Assembly (NCBI GenBank): GCA_023266635.1
Contig: JAHFPU010000001.1
Coordinates: 1-48,955 of the forward strand
From: Sphingobium sp.
Lineage (GTDB): Bacteria > Pseudomonadota > Alphaproteobacteria > Sphingomonadales > Sphingomonadaceae
Direction: 5' to 3'
DNA: 48,955 nt
The position numbers and the translations under genes were made by a program. The notes under the pieces are model-generated. The model worked only from the letters and a program-made list of their open reading frames with translations. It made no database searches and had not been told where the DNA came from. Positions 1 through 10,213 of this stretch are shown here, in pieces (the first letter of the stretch is position 1; the number at the start of each line of letters is the position of its first letter).

Positions 1-46
1 GCTCAACCAACTCCCACTGTTCATTGCTCAATCCATGTCGATCCAA
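1..46 (-). CDS. IS5-family transposase, N-terminal fragment (MDRHGLSNEQWELVE...)
   Basis: TTG start at 46 after AAGGGAGAG. The LSxEQW motif is typical of IS5-family (DUF4096-type) transposase N-termini. The ORF runs off the window. Confidence 0.65.
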   Translation of the reverse strand, partial: MDRHGLSNEQWELVE

Positions 47-116
47 GATGGCTCTCCCTTCGCCAGTCTTGAATCCGATTTCCAACAAAAAGGGAATCCC
101 TAAATGTCCACAGCCC
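1..116 (-). mobile_element. End of an IS5-family insertion sequence (terminal inverted repeat plus transposase 5' end), truncated by the window edge
   Basis: On the minus strand, GGGCTGTGGACATTTAGGGATTCCC starts immediately after the rnhB TAA. It is followed by an RBS (AAGGGAG) and an ORF with an IS5-type N-terminus. The segment is AT-richer than its flank. Confidence 0.7.
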
Positions 117-716
117 TTAGATCAGCACCAACTGCGCAACCGGCGCGAAGCTGCGCCTGTGCAGCGGCGTGACGCCATGTTCCCGCAAAGCCGCGAGATG
201 CTTTGCACTGCCATAGCCCTTGTTGCTTTCCCACCCGTAATGCGGGTGCTCACGGGCGGCGGCGATCATCATCCGGTCACGCTCTTCCTTGGCGAGGATC
301 GATGCGGCGGCGATCGACAGGCATTTGGCGTCGCCCTCTACGATCGCCGTGGAGGCGTAGCGCCATTTGGGGCAGCGATTGCCGTCGACCAGCACATGCG
401 CGCAGTCATGCGCGAGCGCATCCACCGCGCGGGTCATCGCCAGCATCGTCGCCCAAAGGATGTTGATCTCGTCAATCTCCTCGACGCTCGCCATGCCGAT
501 GCCGAAGCAGACGGCCCGCGCCTTGATCTCGATCTCCAGAACGGCGCGACGCGCGGCGCTCAACTGCTTGCTGTCGTTCAGTCCCTCCGGACAATCCTCG
601 CGTTTGAGGATGACGGCGGCGGCGACCACGGGTCCGGCGAGCGGCCCCCTGCCCGCTTCATCGACGCCGGCGACGAGACCCGGATGATGGAGCAGTTCAT
701 GCGCGAAATCAGGCAT
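117..716 (-). CDS. rnhB: Ribonuclease HII
   Basis: Motifs GVDEAGRGPLAGPV, LNDSKQL, SIAAASILAK and HRRSF. The ATG at 716 overlaps the thiD stop; the track's upstream extension is unlikely. Confidence 0.96.
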   Translation of the reverse strand: MPDFAHELLHHPGLVAGVDEAGRGPLAGPVVAAAVILKREDCPEGLNDSKQLSAARRAVLEIEIKARAVCFGIGMASVEEIDEINILWATMLAMTRAVDALAHDCAHVLVDGNRCPKWRYASTAIVEGDAKCLSIAAASILAKEERDRMMIAAAREHPHYGWESNKGYGSAKHLAALREHGVTPLHRRSFAPVAQLVLI

Positions 717-1455
717 GCCGTGGCACGCCCATCGGCCCATGGCCCGCGCCCAGACCTGGCGCGCGCTTGATCGAATCCCGCACATAGCGCCGCGCCATGT
801 CGATGGCGCTGACGATGCCCAGCCCCTGCGCCAGCCCGGTCGCCATGGCACTGGCCAGCGTGCAGCCGGTGCCATGGGTGTGCGGCGTGTCGATCCGCTG
901 GCTACGCCATTGCTTGATGACCCCACCGGCGTCGAACAGACGGTCCGTCAAAGTCGCGCTTTCACCATGACCGCCCTTCGCCAGCACCGTGCAACCGAAG
1001 CGCTTGGCGATACTGTCTCCGCCCAATGCCTCCAGTTCCGGGATGTTGGGCGTCACGACGGTCGCGATCCGCATCAGCCGCTCGAAGGCGGCAATGGTGT
1101 CGGCATCGGCCAGCACCGATCCACTGGTCGCCACCATGACGGGGTCGAAGATGATCGGCGTCTTTTCGAGACCCGACAGGATGTCGGCCGCGGCATGGGC
1201 CGTCGCGGCGGAGCCGATCATGCCGATCTTCACCGCATCGACGCCGATGTCGGAGAGGACGCTCTCCATCTGCGCGACCACCATGTCGGTCGGCACCGGA
1301 TGCACCGCCTGTACGCCGAGCGTATTTTGCGCGGTGATGGCCGTGATCGCGGTCATGGCGTGGCCGCCCAGCATGGTGACGGTCCGCACATCCGCCTGGA
1401 TGCCCGCGCCGCCGCCGCTGTCGGACCCGGCAATGATGAGGACGCGCGCAATCAC
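709..1455 (-). CDS. thiD: Hydroxymethylpyrimidine/phosphomethylpyrimidine kinase
   Basis: Motifs IAGSDSGGGAGIQAD, DPVMVATSG, TPNIPE and HGTGCTLAS. Confidence 0.96.
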   Translation of the reverse strand: MIARVLIIAGSDSGGGAGIQADVRTVTMLGGHAMTAITAITAQNTLGVQAVHPVPTDMVVAQMESVLSDIGVDAVKIGMIGSAATAHAAADILSGLEKTPIIFDPVMVATSGSVLADADTIAAFERLMRIATVVTPNIPELEALGGDSIAKRFGCTVLAKGGHGESATLTDRLFDAGGVIKQWRSQRIDTPHTHGTGCTLASAMATGLAQGLGIVSAIDMARRYVRDSIKRAPGLGAGHGPMGVPRHA

Positions 1456-1683
1456 TCAGGCGGCCTTGTGCTTCCGCTCCGTGGACGCCGGATTATTGGC
1501 GAGCGCCTCGCCCACCCGCGTCGGCCGGTCGAGCAGCTCGCCGCTGCAATTGGGGCAGATATCATCAAGCTCTTCGGCGCAGGGCGCGCAGAATGTGCAT
1601 TCGAACGAGCAGATGAACGCACCGCCGGTGTGGGCGGGCAGGTTCGTGCCGCAGCGTTCGCAATCGGGGCGCATTTCAAGCAT
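1456..1683 (-). CDS. DUF1272 small Cys-rich protein
   Basis: MLEMRPDCERC...ICSFECTFCAPC...CPNCSGEL..RP pattern of DUF1272. Confidence 0.88.
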   Translation of the reverse strand: MLEMRPDCERCGTNLPAHTGGAFICSFECTFCAPCAEELDDICPNCSGELLDRPTRVGEALANNPASTERKHKAA

Positions 1684-1698
1684 TGTTCAAACCCTTCT

Positions 1699-1787
1699 GT
1701 CATTCCCGCGAAGGCGGGAACCTATCTCCCGAGCCATCCACCATGAACGACGTTCCGGAGATGGGTTCCCGCCTTCGCGGGAATGAC
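1699..1787. repeat. REP-like doublet (GTCATTCCCGCGAAGGCGGGAA family)
   Basis: Near-perfect 31-bp inverted arms at 1699-1729 and 1757-1787, each with an internal hairpin. It lies between glmM and DUF1272. Confidence 0.85.
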
Positions 1788-1799
1788 GGCAAAGGGATA

Positions 1800-3140
1800 T
1801 CACGCCGCCGCCTTTTCAACCGCTGCGCAGATGCGGTCGACCACGTCGCGCACCTGTTCCTCACGATCGCCTTCCGCCATCACGCGGATCACCGGCTCCG
1901 TGCCGGAGGGGCGGATGACCAGACGGCCCGATCCCTGTAGTTCGGCTTCGGCCTGCGCGATCGTCTTCTTCACATCCTCATGGTCGAGCGGTTTGCCGCC
2001 GGAGAAACGGACATTCTTGAGCAATTGCGGCACGGCGTCGAACTGGTGGAGCAGTTCGCTGGCGGGCTTTCCGCTGCGCACAAGCGCCGCCAGCACCTGC
2101 AGCGCGGCGATCGTACCGTCACCCGTGGTCGCATAGTCGGACAGGATCATATGGCCAGACTGCTCGCCGCCGACATTGAAACCGCCCGAGCGCATCCGCT
2201 CCAGCACATAACGATCGCCGACCTTCGTGCGCTCCAACGCGATGCCCTTATCCGACAGGAAGCGTTCAAGGCCCAGGTTCGACATCACCGTCGCGACTAG
2301 GCCGCCACCACGCAGAGTCCCCTCCCGCGCCCAGTTGGCGGCGATCAGCGCCATGATCTGGTCGCCGTCGACAATTACGCCATTCTCATCGACCACGATC
2401 AGCCGGTCGGCGTCGCCGTCCAGCGCGATACCGATGTCCGCACCCGCCGACAGCACCGTTTCCTGCAGCAACAGCGGCGCGGTCGATCCGCAGCCGTCGT
2501 TGATGTTCGTGCCGTCAGGAGTAACCCCGACCGCGATCACTTCCGCGCCAAGCTCCCACAGCGCGGAAGGGGCGACCTGATAGGCCGCGCCGTTCGCGCA
2601 ATCGACGACGATCCGCAGCCCATCGAGGCGCAAATCGGCAGGGAAGCTGGATTTCACGGCATGGATATAGCGGCCGCGGGCGTCCTCCACACGGCGGGCG
2701 CGGCCGATATGCTCGGACGCCGCGAGCGCGATATCGCCGCCCAGCAGCGCCTCGATCTTCGCCTCATCCGCGTCGGACAGCTTGTACCCGTCAGGGCCGA
2801 ACAGCTTGATGCCATTGTCATAATAGGGGTTGTGGCTGGCCGAGATCATCACGCCCAGATCCGCGCGCATCGAATGGGCGAGCATGGCGACGGCGGGCGT
2901 CGGGATCGGCCCGAATTGCACCACATCCATCCCCACCGCCGTAAAGCCTGCGACCAGAGCGTTCTCGACCATATAGCCCGACAGGCGCGTGTCCTTGCCG
3001 ATCACCACGCGATGCCGGTGCTTGCCGCGCAAAAAGTGCGTTCCGGCCGCCATGCCGACCTTCATCGCCAGTTCCGGCGTCATCGGCCATTGATTGGTGC
3101 GGCCCCGGATGCCATCTGTACCGAAATAGTTGCGCGACAT
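1800..3140 (-). CDS. glmM: Phosphoglucosamine mutase
   Basis: Motifs [28 protein letters not shown] and RPSGTEP. Confidence 0.97.
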   Translation of the reverse strand: MSRNYFGTDGIRGRTNQWPMTPELAMKVGMAAGTHFLRGKHRHRVVIGKDTRLSGYMVENALVAGFTAVGMDVVQFGPIPTPAVAMLAHSMRADLGVMISASHNPYYDNGIKLFGPDGYKLSDADEAKIEALLGGDIALAASEHIGRARRVEDARGRYIHAVKSSFPADLRLDGLRIVVDCANGAAYQVAPSALWELGAEVIAVGVTPDGTNINDGCGSTAPLLLQETVLSAGADIGIALDGDADRLIVVDENGVIVDGDQIMALIAANWAREGTLRGGGLVATVMSNLGLERFLSDKGIALERTKVGDRYVLERMRSGGFNVGGEQSGHMILSDYATTGDGTIAALQVLAALVRSGKPASELLHQFDAVPQLLKNVRFSGGKPLDHEDVKKTIAQAEAELQGSGRLVIRPSGTEPVIRVMAEGDREEQVRDVVDRICAAVEKAAA

Positions 3141-3228
3141 GCCTGTTTCCGTATCCCGTTCTTGGCGGCCTCATAGCGCGAAGCACCGGCCCGATCGATC
3201 ATTTTTCCGCAGCAGATGGAGAGGCGAG

Positions 3229-4221
<993 letters not shown>

Positions 4222-4240
4222 GCCAGATTGGCGTGGGCTT

Positions 4241-4369
4241 TCAGCTTTTGATGTTCACGATGCCGACAACCCCGGGCTTGGAGGACGGGTTGGAGGCATT
4301 GGCCTTCTTGGGCTGCTCTGCCTTGGGCTTGCGGACTTCGCGGTTCGACTTTTTCTGACTTTTGGCCAT
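4241..4369 (-). CDS. Small basic 42-aa protein (MAKSQKKSNREVRKPKAEQPKK...), absent from the ORF track
   Basis: Translated by hand: ATG at 4369 after AAGGAA, TGA at 4241-4243. Lys-rich, with host-like codon usage. Confidence 0.7.
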   Translation of the reverse strand: MAKSQKKSNREVRKPKAEQPKKANASNPSSKPGVVGIVNIKS

Positions 4370-4400
4370 GGATATTCCTTCGTGTGATGCTGGTCGTGCG

Positions 4401-4679
4401 TCAGAGCGACGCTATATGACGGTCCGGGTTTTCGTTGTCGAAGCAGTCATTGCCTGGAGCCGGACCCGAAGCAGTCGGTTCGATAAGCAGCCCGGTCAGC
4501 GCAAGCCGCGCCTGCGCTGCCGACGCGCGCCGCTCCCGCTTTTCGGCATTGATGCCCTCGTTGCGCCACATGAGCGCGGCGTTGGTCGCAATCCTGCGGA
4601 CGTTGGCAAGGGAGCTGTCGGCGGCTCGGGCCATTTGGGCTTTTTCCTGTGCCCGGCACAGTTGGGATGAAGGATAGAT
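4401..4679 (-). CDS. Hypothetical small protein (YPSSQLCRAQE...LANVRRIA...ENPDR); start is ATC at 4679 or ATG at 4634
   Basis: An open frame continues upstream of the track ATG to an ATC that lies 6 nt after AAGGAGG. Confidence 0.6.
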   Translation of the reverse strand: MYPSSQLCRAQEKAQMARAADSSLANVRRIATNAALMWRNEGINAEKRERRASAAQARLALTGLLIEPTASGPAPGNDCFDNENPDRHIASL

Positions 4680-4731
4680 GGTTCGCCTCCTTGGGCTGAG
4701 TTCGAAAGACAGGGCGAACCCTGACGCAGAT

Positions 4732-4968
4732 TCAGGACGCGCTATGCGCCGCCAAAACAGTGTGCGACGGGTGGGCGACCAGGAATGCGGGCGGTGTCAC
4801 CGGCACCGGGACAAGGGACTTGGGCAGGCCACAAGGCTGCAGCATGACGAGCAGCCTTTGATAGCTGCGCACCATTGCCAGATGCGCCACGCGGGCACAG
4901 GGATCGGCCGACTGCGCAGCCATGGTCCGCGCCTGCTGTAACCGTCCGGTGATGTAATGAATGTTCAA
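4732..4968 (-). CDS. Hypothetical small protein (LNIHYITGRLQQARTMAAQSADPCARVAH...)
   Basis: TTG at 4968 after GGGAG, within track ORF 4732..5094. It resembles short helical sphingomonad hypotheticals (from recall). Confidence 0.5.
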   Translation of the reverse strand: MNIHYITGRLQQARTMAAQSADPCARVAHLAMVRSYQRLLVMLQPCGLPKSLVPVPVTPPAFLVAHPSHTVLAAHSAS

Positions 4969-5140
4969 TGCCCGTCTCCCAAACAACCGGGAGCCAGTGC
5001 ACTCTCTGTCACACCCTGGTCGTGAAAGACGATGCGATAAGCATGTATAGCACGATAATGGCGACGCGCACAGCGAAAGCTCGGTTCTGGCCACCGGTGT
5101 CAGGTGGCGGGCATGCCCCTGCCGATCATATGGTCAGGCC

Positions 5141-6451
5141 CTAATGCTCATACGCCTTTGGCAGCACGCCCGGCGCGGGCGATGCATAGCGGTCGCGCAA
5201 CTTGGTCTGGCGGTTTTCCATCGGTTGCGCCACGCCGTCGATCCATACGGCGACAGGCGCGGACTCCAGTTCCAGCGGATCGCCGTCCCAGATCACCACA
5301 TCGCCTGCGCGGCCCGGCTTCAATGACCCAATCCGGTCGCCCAGGCCCACGGCCTCCGCGGGAGCGGAACTGATCGCGCGGAGCGCCTGGCCCCAACGCA
5401 GCCCCGTGGCTCCCGGCACCTTCTGCAAAGCAACCATATTCCCGGCCTGCTGCGTCGCGACGCGCACCTGCAGTCCGTCGTCGCCGCTGAACATGCCAAG
5501 CGCGACCATGACGCCAGCCTTCTCCATCCGTCCGACATTGGACTGGGTCGCGGCAATCGTCTCGAAGTGGGCGGGCAAGTCCTCCAAGCCGCCGGCGATC
5601 ACCGGTACTTTCGCCGCCGCGATCTGGCTCGCGACTGTCCATCCTTCCGACGCACCCGCGAGGATCAGTTTCAGCGCAGGAAATTCCTTCCGCAGGTCGA
5701 GCGCCGCCAGGATGTCGCGCGCGCTTTCGGCGTGAACCATCAGCGGGGTCTTGCCCTGCACTACCGGAACCAGTGCCTCGGCATCGGCGCGGGTGAGGAT
5801 GCTGTCCTTCGACCGGCCATCATAGGCAGCGGGGTTTCGCGCATAGTCCTGCGCCTCCCGCAGCGAGGTGCGGAACAGCAGATAGGCGGCGGGCCTGCTG
5901 CCCCCCGCCCGTTTCGCACCGGTTTCGCCAAGTTCGACATATTGGAAGGCCTGCGCCTTGGTGATCGGGCTCATGTCCGCGCCCAGATCGATGACGGCGC
6001 CCTGCCCCGCGAACACGCTGCCGGCGCCCTCCGGCACCACGACGGCGCGGGTGATGCCGCTCGTGCGGCTGATCGCGATCGGGTTGGCCAGTGGATTGAT
6101 CGCCGTCGATACGTCGAGCGCGGCGGAGAAGGGCGACTTTTCCGCCGTGCTGTCATTGGTCTGGCTGACATAGGTCACCTCGACCAGACCAACGCGGGAG
6201 AAGCCGGAAACGAGGCCCGGCGTCACCCATTTGCCCGTCGCATCGACGCGCTGCGCCCCGGCGGGGACAGCGACGCCCGCGCCCGCCGCCACGACCTTGC
6301 CGTTGGTGATGACCACCGTGCCATTCTCGACCGGTTCACCGCCATCGCCGATGGCCAGCTTGCCGCCGGTGATAGCGATGGTCTGCGCCATGGCCGGGAT
6401 CGACAGGGAGGCCATGAGCGTGGCGGCGAGATAGAGGCTAGCGCGCTTCAT
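5141..6451 (-). CDS. Exported amidohydrolase-family protein with a degenerate metal site
   Basis: Signal peptide (PAMA-QT), DATGKWVTPG and GSLKPGRAGDVVIWDGDP. The HxH motif is replaced by SGFSR. Confidence 0.88.
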   Translation of the reverse strand: MKRASLYLAATLMASLSIPAMAQTIAITGGKLAIGDGGEPVENGTVVITNGKVVAAGAGVAVPAGAQRVDATGKWVTPGLVSGFSRVGLVEVTYVSQTNDSTAEKSPFSAALDVSTAINPLANPIAISRTSGITRAVVVPEGAGSVFAGQGAVIDLGADMSPITKAQAFQYVELGETGAKRAGGSRPAAYLLFRTSLREAQDYARNPAAYDGRSKDSILTRADAEALVPVVQGKTPLMVHAESARDILAALDLRKEFPALKLILAGASEGWTVASQIAAAKVPVIAGGLEDLPAHFETIAATQSNVGRMEKAGVMVALGMFSGDDGLQVRVATQQAGNMVALQKVPGATGLRWGQALRAISSAPAEAVGLGDRIGSLKPGRAGDVVIWDGDPLELESAPVAVWIDGVAQPMENRQTKLRDRYASPAPGVLPKAYEH

Positions 6452-7845
6452 TTCACATCTCCCGCACCGATCTGGCCAAGCTCGAAGTCGCTCACCGGCC
6501 GTTTCTTCGGATCGTTGGCGTCATACATCATCGCGCCGTCGATCCACACCTTCTCCGGCCGGGTGTAGACGCTGAACGGATTGCCGTTCCACAGGACGAT
6601 ATCGGCCATCTTGCCGACTTTCAGGCTGCCGGTCCTGTCGCCGATCCCCATTGCCTTGGCGGGGTTGTAGCTCAGCCATTCCCACGCAACCTCGTCGGGA
6701 ATATTGATGCCCATGCGGCGTCCCGCAGCTATCGCCTTGGCCGCTTCCTGGTTCAAACGCTGGATGCCGTTCTCATCATCGCTGTGGACGATGGCGCAGG
6801 CGCCCGCATTATGGACCAGCGCGATATTCTCGCGAATGCCGTCATAGCTTTCCATCTTGAAGCCATACCAGTCGGCCCACATGGCCGAGCAGATGCCGTT
6901 CGCCTTCAGCAGGTCGGCGATCTTGTAGCTTTCGACGGCGTGATGGAATGCGGTCACCTTGTAGCCGAACTCCTTCGACATATCGATGACGTTGGCCATC
7001 TCGTCCGCGCGATAGCAATGGTTGTGGACAAGGATCTTGCCCTCCAGCACATCGGCCAGCGTTTCCATCGCCAGATCGCGGGTCTGTTCCTTCCCCTCGG
7101 CGCGCTTCTTCTGATATTCGCGCGCCTTGATCCAGGTCTGGCGATCGACGGCGATATTGCCCATGCGGGTGGACGGCTTGGTGTTGCGCTCGCCATAGAC
7201 GCGCTTGGGGTTCTCGCCGCACGCCATCTTTAGGCTGTAGGGCGCGCCGGGGAACTTCATGCCCTGCATCGTGCGCGCATAGACATTCTTCAAAGTCACG
7301 CCGCGCCCGCCGAACAGGTTGCCCGATCCCGGCAATATCTGCAGCGCCGTGACGCCGCCATTGACGAGCGCGCGGGAAAAGCCGGGGTCCTGCGGCCAGA
7401 TGCTGTGTTCCGCCCACACATCCGGCGTCACCGGCGAAGTCATCTCATTGCCGTCGCTGAGCGCATCGACGGAGGGCGAGGGATAGTCGCCTAGATGGCT
7501 GTGAATATCGATGACGCCGGGCGTCAGATACTTGCCCGTCCCGTCGAACACCGCGACATCCGCCGGGATGGGCGTGTCCGGCCCGCCGATCGAGGAAATC
7601 TTGCCGCTGACGAAGAAGATGACGCCATTATCGATGCGCCCACCCTCGCCGTCGAAGATGGTGACGTTGCGCACGACCGTCGGTTGCCCGGGATAGGGCG
7701 CGTAGGTCGAGGGATAGGGATCGGCGGGTTCGGCGGACGGGTTGTCCTTCGCGCTTGCAGACTTTGGACCCTCCTTTGCCGGAGCCGCGCAGGCCGCAAC
7801 ACCAAACGCGCATAACAGGGCCATGTGGGTCAGTCTGATCGCCAT
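6448..7845 (-). CDS. Amidohydrolase-family lipoprotein
   Basis: Lipobox VAAC, TPGVIDIHSH, KMACGENPK, HNHCY, FHHAVE and HSDD. The start overlaps the POT stop (GTGATG). Confidence 0.9.
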   Translation of the reverse strand: MAIRLTHMALLCAFGVAACAAPAKEGPKSASAKDNPSAEPADPYPSTYAPYPGQPTVVRNVTIFDGEGGRIDNGVIFFVSGKISSIGGPDTPIPADVAVFDGTGKYLTPGVIDIHSHLGDYPSPSVDALSDGNEMTSPVTPDVWAEHSIWPQDPGFSRALVNGGVTALQILPGSGNLFGGRGVTLKNVYARTMQGMKFPGAPYSLKMACGENPKRVYGERNTKPSTRMGNIAVDRQTWIKAREYQKKRAEGKEQTRDLAMETLADVLEGKILVHNHCYRADEMANVIDMSKEFGYKVTAFHHAVESYKIADLLKANGICSAMWADWYGFKMESYDGIRENIALVHNAGACAIVHSDDENGIQRLNQEAAKAIAAGRRMGINIPDEVAWEWLSYNPAKAMGIGDRTGSLKVGKMADIVLWNGNPFSVYTRPEKVWIDGAMMYDANDPKKRPVSDFELGQIGAGDVK

Positions 7846-9404
7846 CACGCTCTCTCCCCTTCGATCCGTATATCCTGCCTGTCCGCGTCGACCGGCTCTA
7901 CACCGATCAGGTCGAGGTGCATCAGCTTCGTGATCCATGGCGCAAGCAGCATCACGCCGACGCCGACCGCCACGGCGAACCAGCCAATCTGCGTATAGAC
8001 AGCCAGCACGCGATCCACACCTGCATCCGCGCTGTCCGTCGCCCGCGCGATTAGCGCGGCGATGAAATTGCCCGCCGCCATCGCTAGGAACCAGGTGCCC
8101 ATCACCAGCCCGACCATGCTGGACACCGAGAGCCGCGTCATCGCCGACAGGCCGACGGGGGAGAAGCACAGCTCCGCCATGGTGTGGAACAGATAGACGA
8201 GGAATACGAAGATGACCGGCGTCAGCTGGCTGCCCGCCGCCGCAGCGCCGGCGACCAGCACCAAAAAGCCAGCGCCGCACAGGATCATCCCGATGCCGAA
8301 CTTGGCGGGCGCAGACGGCTCCAGCCTGCGCTTGTCGAGCCAGGTCCACAGGACGGCGAACATGGGTGCGAGCAAAATGATGAATACCGAATTGACGGAC
8401 TGGAACACCGAAGCCGGGACATCGACGCCCAGCATGACCCGATCCACTCGTCGGTCGGTGAAGATGTTGAGCGACGATCCGGTCTGTTCAAACAGCCCCC
8501 AGAAGAGCGGGTTGAGCGCGATCAGGAACAGCGCCACGAAGATCCGGTCCCGGTCTATCCGGTTCAGCGTCCAGATCGCCCGGTAGAGGATGTAGATCAC
8601 CGTCAGCGCGGAAAAGGCGAGCAACAGATAGCCCAGCAATTCGGCATAGCGGATCAATATCCAGATGCCGACGATGCCGAGCGCGCCGCCGACATAGATG
8701 CTCCATTCCCGCGACAGGCCGATCGCCGACCGCTCCCGCATCGCCTGGGGCGACGGCAGCTCGCCCGCGCCCATCAGCAAGGGGCGGTAGATCACGAACA
8801 CGATGAGGCCGAGCAACATGCCGATGCTGGCTGCGCCGAAGCCCCATCCCCAGCCGACCGTCTCGCCCAGCACGCCGCAGATCACCGGACCGATCGCGCC
8901 GCCCAGATTGATGCCCATATAGAAGATGGAGAAGGCCGGGTCCCGGCGATTATCGTCCTTCGCATAGAGTTCGCCGACCAGGACCGAGATATTGGCCTTC
9001 AAAAAGCCGGTGCCGACGATGATGAAGGCGAGCGCGAGGTAGAAGCCGTTCAGATGAAAAGGACTCTGCCCCGCCGGTCCCTCGACGGCCGCGATCAGCA
9101 GATGACCAAAGGCGATGAACACGCCGCCCGCCAGCACGGCCTTGCGCGCGCCAAGATAGCGGTCGGCGAGATAGCCGCCGATGACCGGCGTGATATAGAC
9201 CAGCGAGGTGTACGCGCCGTAGAGGAGATAGGCCTGATCGTCGCCGAACAGGAAATGCTTGGTGAGATAAAAGATCAGCAGCGCGCGCATGCCATAGTAG
9301 GAGAAACGCTCCCACATTTCGGCAAAGAAAAGGATGAACAGACCCCGGGGATGACCAAGGAATGTCCCTGCCGCGTCGCCAGCCGGTCCCGGGTGCGTTG
9401 CCAT
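7845..9404 (-). CDS. POT/PTR-family proton-dependent oligopeptide transporter (MFS)
   Basis: EMWERFSYYGMR signature, FYMGINLG, ELCFSPVGLS and multiple TM helices. Confidence 0.95.
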   Translation of the reverse strand: MATHPGPAGDAAGTFLGHPRGLFILFFAEMWERFSYYGMRALLIFYLTKHFLFGDDQAYLLYGAYTSLVYITPVIGGYLADRYLGARKAVLAGGVFIAFGHLLIAAVEGPAGQSPFHLNGFYLALAFIIVGTGFLKANISVLVGELYAKDDNRRDPAFSIFYMGINLGGAIGPVICGVLGETVGWGWGFGAASIGMLLGLIVFVIYRPLLMGAGELPSPQAMRERSAIGLSREWSIYVGGALGIVGIWILIRYAELLGYLLLAFSALTVIYILYRAIWTLNRIDRDRIFVALFLIALNPLFWGLFEQTGSSLNIFTDRRVDRVMLGVDVPASVFQSVNSVFIILLAPMFAVLWTWLDKRRLEPSAPAKFGIGMILCGAGFLVLVAGAAAAGSQLTPVIFVFLVYLFHTMAELCFSPVGLSAMTRLSVSSMVGLVMGTWFLAMAAGNFIAALIARATDSADAGVDRVLAVYTQIGWFAVAVGVGVMLLAPWITKLMHLDLIGVEPVDADRQDIRIEGERA

Positions 9405-9562
9405 CTATGGCCAACCTTTCGACACGGATTACGAGCCGCCCATGGCCGAAGGCCGAGCGTAATGGCCAAAGCCTAGCACCAAAATTGCGGCTGTGAAGAA
9501 TATAATTTCGTTACGATTGCGTCCCCTTGCACCCGCCGCACTGGCGATCCATCTAGGCCGCG

Positions 9563-10138
9563 ATGTTCAACGATCGCACCGACCCGCTCACCCTCCTGCA
9601 GACCCGCCGTTCGGGCAAACCCCGCGACCTTGGCGCGCCAGGCCCCGATGATGCGCAACTTCGCACGATGCTGGAGGTTGCGATCCGCACACCAGATCAT
9701 GGCAAACTTGCGCCGTGGCGTTTCGTCATAGTGGGATCGGATCAACGGGACGCGCTCGCTGCCCTGCTGGAGCGCGCCTATCGAGAGGCGAATCCCACTG
9801 CCGGGCGGCTGGAGATCGAGGCGATGCACCAGTTCGCGCATCAGGCGCCGGCTTTGGTCGTCGTGCTCTCGTCGCCGAAAGCAGGCAAAATCCCCATTTG
9901 GGAACAGGAACTGTCCGTCGGCGCAGCGACTATGAACCTTCTCAATGCCGTCCATGCCCAGGGATTTGCGGGCGGATGGCTGACAGGATGGCCGACCTAT
10001 AGCGATGCGGTTCGCGACGCTTTCGGCGCGCCTTATGAACGCATCGCGGGCTTCGTTTTCATCGGTACACCGCTCAAAGCGCTCGAGGAGCGGCCTCGGC
10101 CAGAATATGACACCGTTGTCGGAAATTGGGATATTTAA
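9563..10138 (+). CDS. Nitroreductase family protein (YdjA-like)
   Basis: Motifs TRRS, PDHGKLAPWRF, WLTG and FIGT. Confidence 0.92.
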   Translation: MFNDRTDPLTLLQTRRSGKPRDLGAPGPDDAQLRTMLEVAIRTPDHGKLAPWRFVIVGSDQRDALAALLERAYREANPTAGRLEIEAMHQFAHQAPALVVVLSSPKAGKIPIWEQELSVGAATMNLLNAVHAQGFAGGWLTGWPTYSDAVRDAFGAPYERIAGFVFIGTPLKALEERPRPEYDTVVGNWDI

Positions 10139-10189
10139 TTACAAATTGCTGCGAGCATATTTGTTTTAATTTCTGCGTTGCGCGACTGG

Positions 10190-10211
10190 CTGTATTATGT
10201 CACTGATGCAG
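10190..10211. promoter_or_regulatory. Putative GntR/YtrA operator (autoregulatory)
   Basis: Imperfect palindrome CTGTATTA-N6-TGATGCAG ending 2 nt before the GntR ATG. It matches the site at 12098-12119. Confidence 0.6.
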
Positions 10212-10213
10212 TC

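Noticed and set aside
1684-1799. Possible TPP riboswitch or ncRNA upstream of DUF1272-thiD
   Set aside because: The structure is a REP doublet, and no TPP aptamer motifs (CUGAGA, ACCUG) are arranged there.
7849-8349. N-terminal extension of the 633-aa amidohydrolase ORF
   Set aside because: It overlaps the POT gene out of frame. The lipoprotein signal and RBS place the start at 7845/7848.
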